From the NCBI RefSeq assembly GCF_964204645.1, contig NC_134028.1, positions 11,207,263 to 11,271,262 of the forward strand: a DNA stretch of 64,000 bases, in the 5' to 3' direction. Position 1 is the stretch's first letter; every line of letters begins with the position of its first letter. Source of the DNA: Tubulanus polymorphus. Taxonomy: Eukaryota > Animalia > Nemertea. A program made the translations under genes and the position numbers. This document shows positions 1 through 11,694 of the stretch, piece after piece. The notes beneath the pieces were generated by a model, which did not search any database, had not been told where the DNA came from, and saw only the letters and a list, made by a program, of their open reading frames with translations.

Positions 1-230
1 GCGCTGGTGAAGTTATAAACATTGATATCGTCTTCCCGATAATTCAACTTGAATTATTGCCCATGTCATTCAAAAGTTCGTAATTCTTATAAATTTTTAT
101 CGACATTTTTGAAATTTTCAGGATCGATAGACATCTATATGTGGTGTTATGTGCTTTTTACCATTTTCAATTATCTTTATTAGTTTTCAAGTAATTGCTA
201 GTCAAACTTGAACAATACATTTTCTCTAGT
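1..230 (+). repeat. Left TIR of the ISL2EU-like element (partial, truncated by window start)
   Basis: gcgctggtgaagttataaac...tttctctagt matches the inverted copy at 4092-4218 and 17676-17776. Confidence 0.9.
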
Positions 231-395
231 ATTGCTGAAGTATATACGTGTGTGTTACTGTGTAAATGGAGGGAGTGCTTTCCAGCGAAAGTTAAGTTGC
301 GGTAGCAATCAGAAAACAAACTTCAATTTCAACAATGAAAATCGTTTTTTTAGAGGAAATCTTGATTAAAATAGGAAGAAATCATTTGGATCAAA

Positions 396-2564
396 ATGAG
401 TGACTTTGCAGATATAAGAGATTTTGAAGAGTCAAGCACTGGTATTTTAAGAAATTTTTTATGTAATAGAAGACTCTCCACTCAAGGCAGAAAAGAAGAG
501 TTAGTTGCGCGGTCGTTTGCTGCATGGGAGCAAAATGTTCCTCTCAAACTAAAAACTGCGGATATACAAAGACAGCTTGCAAATGATTATGAGAAGATTC
601 TAAAAAATATCAATAACGAAGATCCACTTGAGTTGAAACATTGGCATGTGGTGAAAGATGAAAAAAATCTACAGAACCTCGACTTAGGTAAAATATTTCC
701 TTTCATCATTAGAAATAGAGAATTTGGCGTCGACTATGTTGGAAGGTATAAACTCTGCAAGGCATACTCATATTTCAAGAGTGGATTTGTAGGAAAAATG
801 AAATATTGCCAGTGTTCCAACGCAACTGTTATTTCCGCCGACATTACGCCTTCCCAGAGAGTTCGAGGAGAAGCTAGATGTCCGTGGATAGCGTTCAGTA
901 AATCCGGAGATATATTGGCTGCATGGTGTACATGTCCTGCAGGATTTTCACAAACGTGTAATCAAGTTGCTGCGTGTCTTTATAAAGTAAATGAAAGTAT
1001 CGAAGCCATGAATAAATCGCCCGCCTGTACTGATATTCCGTGCACCTGGAACCAACCGGCATCAGATATTACGCCTGTTAAGATCAGGGACTTGAAAATT
1101 CGATGCGACAATTTGGGTAGCGGTGATCAGATTAGTGCGTGCAAAACATTTGACCCACGCCCAGAAGGTTACAGACAGGTAAATTCGTTTTATCCATTGA
1201 TTTAAATATGCAGTATTTTTTATGAGAGTTAAAATCAATTATTTTTCAAACTGATGATATCGCTTTTTCAGATCGCAGATATCGCTGGGAGAATGGAGAG
1301 GATGCATGTAGTATGCCCGCATGCAGCATTCTTAACCGGCATAGTTGACCAAACTGATGATTTCGCCAGACGGTCAAAGCTACCGTTGAATCTTCCACAA
1401 GCGGTCAACAGAATGTTATCATCAGGTATCCCTATGGCTGTATCGGATATTCTCCATTCACTACTACTTCAAGGCGAACAAAGACGCATAATAGAAGAAG
1501 CAACCAGGAATCAACGCAACAACAGACTTTGGAAAGAGCAACAACTCGGCAGGATCACAGCCTCCATTTCTCACATAGTGTACACCAAATTCGAGTCCCT
1601 AAAAAAGAATAAGAGGCCCATTAAAACATCGCAACTTGTGGCTGACATCATTTACGGCACAGCTCATAATGCATTAGATTACTTACAAGCCATACGTCAT
1701 GGAATTCGTCATGAAAATGATGCGCGACAAGCTATGACTGTGCGATTCAGCGTTCATCACAAAGAATTCAAGCTAAAGAGGACAGGTTTTATGGTAAGAT
1801 AATGTTACTTATTTCCAATTTTAAGTCTTACTAGACTTTATCCGTAAACGTTTATTGAACGCAGCTCTATTTACATGAAAAAAATCCATATCTTTTCAGG
1901 TACATTCAGATTTACCATTCATCGGGGCTACGCCCGATAATAAGACATTCTGCACCTGCTGCGAACCAAGTTTGGTGGAAATCAAATGTCCTCTGGTCGT
2001 ATACAATACGGACATTAATCAAACGTACGAACGATTGCCATATCTTCAATCAAAAAATGGTGAGATAAATCTGAAGAGAACGCATAATCATTACACTCAA
2101 ATTCAATGTCAGCTCGCGTGTTACGAAATGGAATCTGCATATTTTGTGATTTGGACTGGTTACGCTCAAGACCCATTACTTATCGAAAAGGTAGGCTATA
2201 ATACGTTTACGAATTTACTCAAACATTTTGGGTGTGATTTTGGATTCTGGCAGAAAATGTGTGTATAACCTTACATTTCTATTTTTAGATTGAATTTGAT
2301 CGCAGTTTCTGGTGCAAAGTGTCAGAGAACTTAGAATACTTCTACATGAATTTTGTTTTGCCTGCAATGACACTTAAGCCGCTATTTTTCTGTTCAATCT
2401 GCAAGAAAGTGTGTGTCGAAATAAGAGAAATGGCTGGGGATGAAGATGAATCCATCCAATGTACAAATTGCAAGTTATGGTTCCACACAAGTTGTGTTCA
2501 TGTCAAGCAATCTGTTATTTCTTGGAACTGTGATGTCTGTAGAGAAAAACCAAATTACTGTTAG
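396..2564 (+). CDS. Spliced SAP-like/SWIM zinc finger/YqaJ (lambda-exonuclease-like) nuclease/PHD-finger protein, about 623 aa; exons 396-1178, 1272-1793, 1900-2190, 2289-2564
   Basis: Three phase-0 GT-AG introns join the listed ORFs in frame. Motifs: CTCPAG..TCNQV (SWIM-like), W...GRITAS, GATPD...VEIKCP (PD-(D/E)xK), YTQIQCQL, and a C-terminal C4HC3 PHD (CSIC..IQCTNCKLWFHTSC..WNCDVC). Confidence 0.85.
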
Positions 2565-2672
2565 ATTATGTACAAGTTTATAATTCTGTTATTTATCGAT
2601 TAATCAAACACAAAACAAATGAATAATTATTTCACAGCGAATTTGAAAAGTCAAAGTTTTTGTTTTCGAACT

Positions 2673-3979
2673 TCAGTCACAGAGAGGCGGAAGAAGATTG
2701 CACAATGCCGAACAAACAATAATGATATCATCCATCAATGGTAATACTTTAATCGGAATAGTTGAAGTAAGCATACGATAGTTCTTGATCCTGCCAATAC
2801 ATTTTTCGACGTAGATTCTCGTGTTCGCGATTCGCGATGTAGATGTCATGTCATCTGATGTGAGCTGTGATCCAGACTGGAGACTTGGTGGTATCGATAA
2901 TGTTGCTCTGGCTAACATGAGTTCTTCTTGAATTTTAAAACCACGATCTGCCATTATCTGATCGTTTATCTCGAGCATATCTAGAAAGCCACTATCTTTA
3001 ACAATAAATTTGTCACTCGCGCGACCTCCATATCAAGAAGAAATATAGCGTATCAATCCCGTTGGAGACATTGCTACCAAGAACTTAACCGTACAGTGGT
3101 GTTTGTAGTCACTATACAACTGTGCCTGTATATCCAGTGCGGAGGGAACGTCCACAAAAATTTTGGTACAATCTATTATGCATCTGGTGTTTGGAAACCA
3201 CTTCACAAACGGTGCCGGCAATCCTCACTCACGTCTCTTTTAGTCGGCCACATAATCATCCATGATAGTTCCCTTGACATTAGACATATCCAGGTATTAA
3301 AAACCCTTGAAATGTGTCCTGGGCTCACATGAAATCGAAATCCTAGATCTTCGACTAACAAACCAAGTCTCAGTCTCATAACCACCATCAAAAACTCCTG
3401 CTCGTATGACAACTTTCTTTGTGGTCCTCTATTAGTCTTAGGTTGTTCAAAGTTTTCATCCTTTCTCCAGTATTTCATTACTGAAGCAACTGGTAAAAGC
3501 CATTCGAATACCATTTCGAACACACCCCGGCTCTCAAAGCCAGTGAAAAACCGTACGTCACACTCCTTGCATATGTCTTCAAATAACAAACTCGGTTGAA
3601 CTGTTTGCGTTGAGATTGCCACGGCCTCAGTTGCCTCCGTTTGCGTTGATATTCCGGTTTTCTTATATTCCTGCTTCTTGTATGGCTCATATTTCCGTGT
3701 TAGATTCCGTCTTGGCAGATTGTCACCTTCTTTCAATAAAAGTGTTGGAATATCTGGTTCAGTTTCATCGAAATGGTTTGAACAGATGTGATCGTTCGAT
3801 TTTGGAACGAAATCACGATCACCAATACGAATTGCTGTTATCCACTTTTCTCTTGATGCAGCATTACAGGGGAACGAATGGAATTTCAATTGATTTACAT
3901 GAGGAGCCTTGTACAAATGATCCGGCTTGTTTCGTTTATTTTCGCAGCTTTTCACAGAACATTTATCTTTCTTCCCCAT
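2673..3979 (-). pseudogene. THAP-domain + HTH + Harbinger/ISL2EU DDE transposase, disrupted
   Basis: THAP (CSVKSC..FHSFP..W..ICSNHF), LMVVMRLRLG..DLGFRF, IIDCT, YSDYKHHCTVKFLV, MADRGF, RIYVEKCIGRIK. Frameshift near 3220 and in-frame stop at 3033-3035. Confidence 0.85.
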
Positions 3980-4218
3980 TATTTTCGAAAACAAGTGCTC
4001 TTATTTCCATAGTTACGTTACATTGTGATGGCTAACAAAGTAGGAACCAGTAAAATTTTGAAATTTCCTGATACAAAGTTGCGCGTATGAGACTAGAGAA
4101 AATGTATTGTCCAAGTTTGACTAGCAATTACTTGAAAACTAATAAAGATAATAAAACGGTAAAAAGCACATAACACCACATATAGATGTCTATCGATCCT
4201 GACAATTTCAAAAACGTC

Positions 4219-4631
4219 AGTAGTATAGTCAGAGGGGGGTTCTGGCACAGCTAACTTTTGGGCTAACTGTGCTAATGTGAGCTAACTTTGAGCTAATGTA
4301 AGCTAACTTTTGGCTAATCTGAGCTAACTTTTGAGCTAATCTGAGCTAATGTCGGTTAACATCTGAGCTAATCTGAGCAAACTTTTGAGCTAATCTGAGC
4401 TAATGTTGGTTAACATCTGAGCTAATCTGAGCAAACTGTTGAGCTAATCTGAGCTAATATCGGTTAACATCTGAGCTAATTTGAGCTAATGTCGGTTAAC
4501 ATCTGAGCTAATCTGAGCTAACATTGAGCTAATGTGAGTGAATGAATGTTAATACCGAGCTAATGTGAACTAGTTATCGGGGTTATGTCTATGTGTTATA
4601 TGGAGCTAATGTGGGTTAACTATTGAGTTAG
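4219..4631 (+). repeat. Maverick left TIR with internal GAGCTAA(T/C) tandem motifs
   Basis: Inverted match to 17310-17669; carries one extra 54-bp unit. Confidence 0.95.
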
Positions 4632-4785
4632 GTATTTAGTTACCGGTTTTTATGGTAATCTATTGAGCTGGTGTGTGTGAAATTTAAAAACGAGATCATT
4701 TGAATATGGTTAAATCTGAATGAATATAAACATATGCAAATTATCAATTGTTTCGATGATTACGATCCTCGTTCTGAAAAATATC

Positions 4786-4834
4786 TGACGTCATGAGGGG
4801 TATATAACGTGTGTTCTCCAAAGGTGATTTCATT
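4786..4834 (+). promoter_or_regulatory. Putative Pol II promoter of the PC4 gene: CRE (TGACGTCA), TATA box, Inr-like TCATT
   Basis: TGACGTCA 4786-4793, TATATAA 4801-4807, TCATT at 4830 (about 29 nt after the TATA), ATG at 4848. Confidence 0.6.
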
Positions 4835-4847
4835 CGTTGAGTTGATC

Positions 4848-5698
4848 ATGGATACGCACACAACTCCGGTGTTGAAACGAAACATGTCTGAACCTGATGC
4901 TCCAAAAAAGAGACCTCGAAGACTGAATTTCAAGAATTTAAAGCTAGATATTAACGCTGCTAAGCCTGGTATGTATGTGTAATTAATTTGTTTGTTTGTA
5001 AAACATCCTCTCCTCCTTTGAGTTATTTATTGTTTCACTTGTAATGTAACGATATTATCTTTTCTTTTGTCATAGATACAGTTGTTAAAGAGAATGCTTG
5101 TGTACAAACAGATATAAAACTGAGTGAGTCTAAAGAAGAATACGTCTATGCGAAAGCGGATGTGAAACGTCATTATCTGGGCAATTTAGTGTTTGCGTGT
5201 GTCAGCGAGTGGCAGGATGTTAAACGTGTTGACATACGAACTTATGAACTCAGTGATGACCTTCGATTATTTCCAAAGAAATGCGGCATTAGCCTACACC
5301 TGCAAGAATGGGCTAATCTCGACTGGCATAGAGATTCCATAAATTCCGCCATCAATTCGTTTAATGAAAGCAACAATAACAATAATATCATAGAGGATTT
5401 TCGATTACACGTCGGTAGGAACCGATACGTGACCGTGTTCAAACGTTTCAATAAGGTTATAATCGACATTAGATATTTTTGTTATATAGCTGCAACGGAA
5501 CAACGAGTTCATACGAAAACCGGGATAGAACTATCTGAAAAACAGTGGGAGAAACTGATGAATATTTCTTTCGTTGATTTGGAACCTGAACTCGTTGGGA
5601 TGAAAGCGTGTATGTTCAATGATGATCATCAGAATCAGATGGGTGCTCTCCAGTGTGTTTACTGTAATCCTCATCCTGTATTCCAAATCGATGATTAA
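4848..5698 (+). CDS. Tandem double PC4 (p15/Sub1-like) ssDNA-binding/coactivator protein; exons 4848-4968 and 5076-5698
   Basis: Two PC4-like repeats (VSEW..VDIRTYE..PKKCGISL..EW and RYVTV..IDIRYF..TKTGIELSEKQW). A phase-1 intron gtatgt...ttgtcatag joins an upstream exon with basic PKKRPRRLNF in frame. Confidence 0.8.
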
Positions 5699-6137
5699 TG
5701 AATATATGTATCTCCTGTATCCTCAATCCATATATAGATAAATATCAAAAACTAAAGTCATGAATTATGTTAATAATCAAATGCTGGTTTTTTCTTTATT
5801 AATTTTAAAAAAGAATTATAGGGAAATTGGCATAAAAAAGTAGAAAAGGAAGAAAAAAACGGGAAAAGGTGCGCTTAGAGGGGGTACGAGTTAGATCCCA
5901 TCCCTGAAATAAAAAGAAATATAGAAAACACTTATAACGATATTAAACCAATGGTTTACCAACTTTCATATAATCTTAAATAAATAGATAAATAAATAAA
6001 TATATATATTAGTTAAATAGTTTAAAGTACAACTGAAAACATAAACGCATGTATAAGTGAGTGTAAATAAATCAATGTTTATAACTATGAATAAATAAAA
6101 ATATGCAAATATATATTAAGTATAACGACTTGTTCTT

Positions 6138-9100
6138 TTAATGATGATTTATCTCCGGAATTTTATGATGACCATAAGCATATGTGCTTACACCATCATC
6201 TAGTATATAACGTTTGTCGTCGTATGGTGATAATCCGACTTTATTTAAATTAACTGAATGTAACTTATGATTGAAGCTCCGGATAGACCGCATGTTAGCC
6301 ATCATACGTGATTGATTACGCAAGCAATCAACGTAGTTATTATGGGATACGGACTGCTTAACGACGTACTTCGCAACACCTTTTGCAGTTTTCTTTTCCA
6401 CAAGTGTTCCGTTGTTAACAGGAGAAAGATATGTCATTGAATACATCTTACTCCGTAAACCGCAGAACACTTTAACGGGAAAAGAATTGGTCTCATCCTT
6501 AAGTTTGCCTAGTACTTTCTTATTTTTGTCCGAGAATAAAGGATGGCCGGTGGGATAGGCTGAAAAGTCGAACTGGTCGAAAATCCCCGCCATATCCGCG
6601 TACAAATCGTAGCTGCGAATAGCGTATGTTAAACTATCCGTATCTGTAAAAAGAAGTTTAGCGTTATCCCCGTATCCTGCCTTGATGGTGTTAAAATGAA
6701 AATCATACATTAACGTTTTGCTTATGTCTAAAATTGAAAAGCCAAGATACACAGACTTATCCAACTTGATTGAAATCTGCTGTTTTTTTACCCCCACAAC
6801 ATTCTCCGAAATAATGTTCCATGAAATCGTAGATGGCTTCGCTAGAGCTTTTCTCAATTTCCCCGGTTCGTTAATAATTTGGTAGTTGATTCGATTCCTA
6901 ATGTTCTCCATTGTCTTGCCAAAACTTGCATTATTCAGTAATTTGTACATATCTTTCTCAAAATTGGATTTCGCATTTTTTCGGAATTCGGTATTCAAAG
7001 CAATGTACGGTGACATCCAGGCTGATTGTCGAAAATGGAGAACACGATGAATTTTGTTAATTTCATACCAAGTTTCATGTAAAGCCTCAAATTCGTAGTG
7101 TAGTAATGACAAGGATCTAATCCGTAGCTCTTATGAGCGAACTTGCGGAATTCCTCGAAAATATCTGAAAGTAGCAATACGTCGTTCTAAGATAGAGATC
7201 GTGATACTCGCCCATGTTTGCGTCAGGGTGTTGGTAAATGCCTCCTTAGGAGGGAGACTTGTCTCATTAAATTTCTCCGAACCTGTCATGTAGTCGTATT
7301 GGCAAACACCTTTACGTAACAAAAGATCAAGTTTATTGGCGGGGAACTCCGAGTTTAAATGAATGAATTTCTCTCTACCCGAATTGACCAAATTTTTCCG
7401 TAAGAGTACTGAGAGAGGTATTGAGAAATGCCAACGAGTCGATGAAGCGTAGGGGACCAAGTGTAAATCCGATAAACTTTTCAGTGTTCGTCGGGATCAC
7501 TGAAATTCTATACCCCCTAAATTCAACCAAGCCCAATGATCTAATAATTTCATGACTGTCATAACTTTTCAAGTTATGAAATATCAGAGCTATGAAATTA
7601 GGAACCCTATAACTCAGATTACATGAATTACAAGCTGGGCCTCTGTATTTGCCGGTTATATGATCGTGATCCCGACATTTCTTACCATTTATGGTTTCCT
7701 TACATATATGACAAATATCAGTTGATTTGAAGTGTGTTTCATCGACGTCGTTCATAACCAAAGGTTGAGGATTTTTGTAGTCCTGTAATATTTCCTCTGC
7801 TTTTTCGAGGAGGGATGTTAGGAATTTCTTCATAACATCGTCTCCTCTATAAAGGACTGTCGGATGGGAATGTCTGGTGTCAGGGCCAACGACTTTAAAA
7901 CAAAATCCAAACGGTTCATGAACCTGATAACGATATGTCCAAGATTGATTCTGGTTCAATTTACACCCCTCAATCGGTTCTAAAAACATTTCGAAGTCAG
8001 CATATATCACATATGGCAGTTTGTGCTGTTTTGTGACATTAACAAATTTCAAGACATTCTCATCTGTCGGTGACATGATTGTCTTTTGTATTCCTTGAAT
8101 ACAGTACCGAGTATGAACATCAAGATTCTCTTGCGATAAAAAAGAGTGCATGCACTTAAAACACCAAAAACATTTGGCTTTTTTTTTGTTTAAATGGAAA
8201 AGGAATTTACTAAGGTCATTTATCGAACAATAATGGGTGTTATCGTTATCAACTAGTAATAATAAATTAACATGATTTGTGCGTGGATTATCACTCAAAC
8301 GACGAACAAAAATATTTCCATCCTCATAGGCAAATACGTTAACTGATATATCGTTTTGCTGTTCGAAAATGGGTATTTGTTCTACGGTTACTGGATAATT
8401 GATATTGTTCATATTCAATTCGTTTCTGTACCGTAAATACTTAGATACTCGTTGGGGGTTCGTGTCCATTCGGTGGAGGTGGGCGAGTATAGACCATAGA
8501 AAGCACATATTGTCGAAATTTTGGATATTTATAACCCCTCCTCGTGAAACGATTACACGAGGAGAGCGTATATACGAACATCCACCTAATGGTTCATAAA
8601 TGCCGACGTGTAGATCGAACACTTCGACATAATCAAACCTCCAACGAGTACCCACAGTATTGTATTGTTCCAATAATTGGATCATTTTATTCTTAGCCTG
8701 ATCCAAGAGCTCGTCAAATTGTTCACCATTGAAAGCACTTCGAGTGTGGCTAGTAAAATACACAGTCCTTTGTTGATGGACACCATCGATATCTTTTTCT
8801 AAAATTATATGAATGCTGGTAAACCATTTTATCCCACCCAATCTACTTAAATCATCTTTAAGCAGTCGGATGAGATGCGGTTTGAGTTCGTTATAAAATT
8901 TAATTAAATCAAACTTGTTGTTTTCAGTGGATGGGAACTCGTATTTTCGTACATACCCCGCTAAGGCGCCACCTTGCCGGATCCCGATGAGGGCGAGAGT
9001 TTCCTCATCAAGATCCGGTAACTCTTCCCATTCCCATTCCAGTGGTGCCCCTCCTACTGCTGCTGCTGCTGCTGCTGCTGGTGGTGGTGCCCCTACTGCT

Positions 9101-9531
9101 GCTGGCACTGCAGCTGCTGGCACTACTGCTGCTGGCACTGCTGCTGCTGGCACTGCTGCTGCTGGCACTGCTGCTGCTGGCACTGCTGCTGCTGGCGGCG
9201 CCCCTACTGCTGCTGCTGGCACTGCTGCTGCTGGCAGCGCCCCTACTGCTGCTGCTGGCGGTGCCGGTGCTTCAAGGACCAGTCGCCGTCGTGCCGCTGG
9301 GATTGGGAGGGGTCTCGCACAACGTGATTGGTGCCTGTCCCGGTAGGCCGTCGTGCTAAACCCCTCCCCGCATTTGGCACAAAGCGGTTTACTCTTTTCG
9401 TGCACCCGGTTAATGTGCCGGGATCTCGAGCTGGCGTGTGCGAACACCAGCTCGCACATTGTGCACCCATACTGCTTGGGTAGGGCGACTGGTCCTAAGC
9501 TGAGTCGTTCTGATACTTGTTTCTGTGCCAT
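6138..9531 (-). pseudogene. Protein-primed family B DNA polymerase (pPolB) with N-terminal C2H2 fingers, terminal-protein region and EndoVII-like Zn domain; frameshifted and internally deleted
   Basis: YADFE, FHNLKSYD, FIDS (exonuclease); CRDHDHITGKYRGPACNSCN; KLLNNASFGK; FTDTDS; LRSKMY; DDKR. Split over four ORFs; polymerase motif A is absent. Confidence 0.93.
9043..9265 (-). repeat. Coding minisatellite (15-bp units, AAAVP/AAAVG) in the pPolB N-terminus
   Basis: Repeated ggcactgctgctgct units on the + strand. Confidence 0.9.
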
Positions 9532-9600
9532 CTAAAGAGAAAGAAAGGAAGACAGAAATAAATATAATGTGTGGATAATAATCTTTAAAATGAACGTGTT

Positions 9601-10281
9601 TTGAATAGATTGCTGTTAATTTTGATTCTGTTAATCTGTGGTAAAAGGCTGGAAATAGCTGATTTACCGCCGACTAAATTGCAAGGATGGTTCACGTCGA
9701 TTATCAATGGAATGACTGGTATCGGGAAGACAGTCTTTACTAAAAGATTGATTGAAGAAAGAATGTTCGATCCATTTCCCGATCGTATAGTTTGGGTGTA
9801 CGCCGAAGATCAGGAAATCTATCACGATACAGAGGGAGCTGAGTTTATTAAGGGTTTAACAGAGGAATTGTACGAAAGTTTGTCAGGTTCAGAGACAACA
9901 AAACTACTTATTTTGGATGATGTATTGAACGAGTGCGACCCCAGATTATTGGAGACCATTTTTACACGTGGTAGTCATCATAGAAAACTTCAAGTGATTC
10001 TAATATCACAAACCCTTTTCCCGAGAGGACCTCATTTTCGGACAATATCATTAAACACGCATTATATAGTTCTATTCAAGCATCCGAGGGATCGACTCCA
10101 AGTAAAGACTTTAGCGATGCAGTCCGGGTTAGGTAAATCGCTCGAGGAGGCGTTTACAGATGCGACCTCAATTTCACCGCGTGGATATCTATTTTGTGAT
10201 TTCAAACCACAAACGTCGGACAAATGGAGATTACGCACACGAATATTTCCAGCGAGGGATATCATATTTATTATAAGATAA
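9601..10281 (+). CDS. A32/FtsK-like genome-packaging ATPase (start codon uncertain)
   Basis: Walker A GMTGIGKT, Walker B LLILDD, TRGSHH, RTISLNTHYIVLFK. No ATG precedes Walker A; CTG at 9649 is a possible lost or alternative start. Confidence 0.9.
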   Translation: MNRLLLILILLICGKRLEIADLPPTKLQGWFTSIINGMTGIGKTVFTKRLIEERMFDPFPDRIVWVYAEDQEIYHDTEGAEFIKGLTEELYESLSGSETTKLLILDDVLNECDPRLLETIFTRGSHHRKLQVILISQTLFPRGPHFRTISLNTHYIVLFKHPRDRLQVKTLAMQSGLGKSLEEAFTDATSISPRGYLFCDFKPQTSDKWRLRTRIFPARDIIFIIR

Positions 10282-10328
10282 AAAGTATTAAATAATGTAA
10301 TTTCACGCGAACATCGTCAATTGATAAA

Positions 10329-10645
10329 ATGAGGAACCACTTGCATTTGAAGGAATTCGCTCCTCACTTAAGACTTTTATGCGATGGAAAGAAAAATATG
10401 CGCGATGCGATTCTGTCATCATCGTCGAACAGATTAGTGAAAGTTATTTGCGAAGTCTGTATAAATTCATTAAGAGGGAATATCAAACACAGCGAATCGG
10501 ATAAAAAGAAATTGAAGCGACATAAGAAGTGGATTCGAATAGACGAGTACCGATTAAATCGAAAAAATCATTAATCGTGCAAAAAGGCGGTTTCCTTGGA
10601 CTGATACTGAAAGGAATCGGTCGACTACTCGGGTTTATGGAATGA
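10329..10645 (+). pseudogene. Small basic virion protein ending in QKGG|FLGLILKGIGRLLGF amphipathic peptide (frameshifted)
   Basis: ORF 10329-10574 continues in another frame as VPIKSKKSLIVQKGGFLGLILKGIGRLLGFME* (stop at 10645); GG|F resembles an adenain cleavage site. Confidence 0.65.
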
Positions 10646-11379
10646 AGAACGTTGAAAAACTTTACGTTGTTCCGGAATCATTTATTCCAATGATTGAAAA
10701 AATCACATCAACCGATGAAAAGCGAGAATCTTCGAGTGGCGAAACGAATCGCGTGAAAAATATAGAAAGTCAAATGTCCGATATCCTTCAAATGGATAAT
10801 GATGTGAAGGACGATGTGAAATTGAAGATGTATAACGACGCGTTGAATAAACTAATGCAAATCGAAAAACATTCAAAGGAGTCGACGATCACTAATTCTA
10901 ACATAGTAAGTAAAAGCAGTGCATTGAATACCGATCGTGATTTAAAACGAACTACCGAAACTAAAAGTGAATTCGACCAGGAAATTTTGAATAACGTACC
11001 GATAAACTATAGAAAGAAATCGGAAATGTTATTGGAGCGAATAAAGCGATATTCCGAAATATTGTCATGGACCGATAAGGGGGAGATAATAGTAAAAGGA
11101 GTCAAAAGAGATGATAGTAATATCGTCGATTTAATCAATCTCTGCATGACACCTAACAAGTCTGAACAAATGAACGGACTCGACGATTTCATCAAGGCAT
11201 TACAAGATATGTCCGTTCCACAGACGTTTATCCCGAATAAATTCGTTAGAAATAAATTAATTAACAATCGCCCGAACGTTAAGAATGAATTCGAAGCAAA
11301 GATGACGAAGAGGAGGAGGATGACTACGCCATCTAAATATTCTAAAGATATAGATTTCGAAAATTGGATTTATATGTGA
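10642..11379 (+). CDS. Conserved-type Maverick hypothetical protein (245 aa)
   Basis: Intact ORF in the morphogenesis block; the LSWTDKGEII..SNIVDLI motif resembles Polinton uncharacterised proteins as I recall them. Confidence 0.65.
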   Translation: MKNVEKLYVVPESFIPMIEKITSTDEKRESSSGETNRVKNIESQMSDILQMDNDVKDDVKLKMYNDALNKLMQIEKHSKESTITNSNIVSKSSALNTDRDLKRTTETKSEFDQEILNNVPINYRKKSEMLLERIKRYSEILSWTDKGEIIVKGVKRDDSNIVDLINLCMTPNKSEQMNGLDDFIKALQDMSVPQTFIPNKFVRNKLINNRPNVKNEFEAKMTKRRRMTTPSKYSKDIDFENWIYM

Positions 11380-11407
11380 ACATATTTTTGTTTAGGGTAT
11401 TTGTAGA

Positions 11408-11451
11408 ATATAATGATAATAATAATAGTAATAATAATAATAATAATAATG

Positions 11452-11496
<45 letters not shown>
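11408..11496 (+). repeat. (AAT)n microsatellite
   Basis: Direct read. Confidence 0.95.
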
Positions 11497-11498
<2 letters not shown>

Positions 11499-11694
11499 GC
11501 TAATTTATCATCGGATTACCATTTTTATTCGATAGTCGTTGATACGTTTTGATGAATCTAATGTTAGTTTCAAATTCTAATATACGTTGTCGTCATCGTT
11601 GTCGTCGAGTGATCTATATCTGAAAGAGAGTGAATGGAGAAAATTTAGATTCTATCTCATTTTATCCAAGTTCACTTAGTATCTAGCTCTCGTA

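Noticed and set aside
4250-4631. Regularly spaced short repeats suggesting a CRISPR array or telomere
   Set aside because: No unique spacers, eukaryotic context, and they are mirrored as Maverick TIRs.
8915-9470. Ala/Thr-rich, poly-Leu and poly-Gln ORFs overlapping the pPolB N-terminus
   Set aside because: Shadow frames of the GCT/GCA minisatellite, which lacks stop codons.
11364-11552. Poly-Asn ORF
   Set aside because: Translation of the (AAT)n microsatellite.
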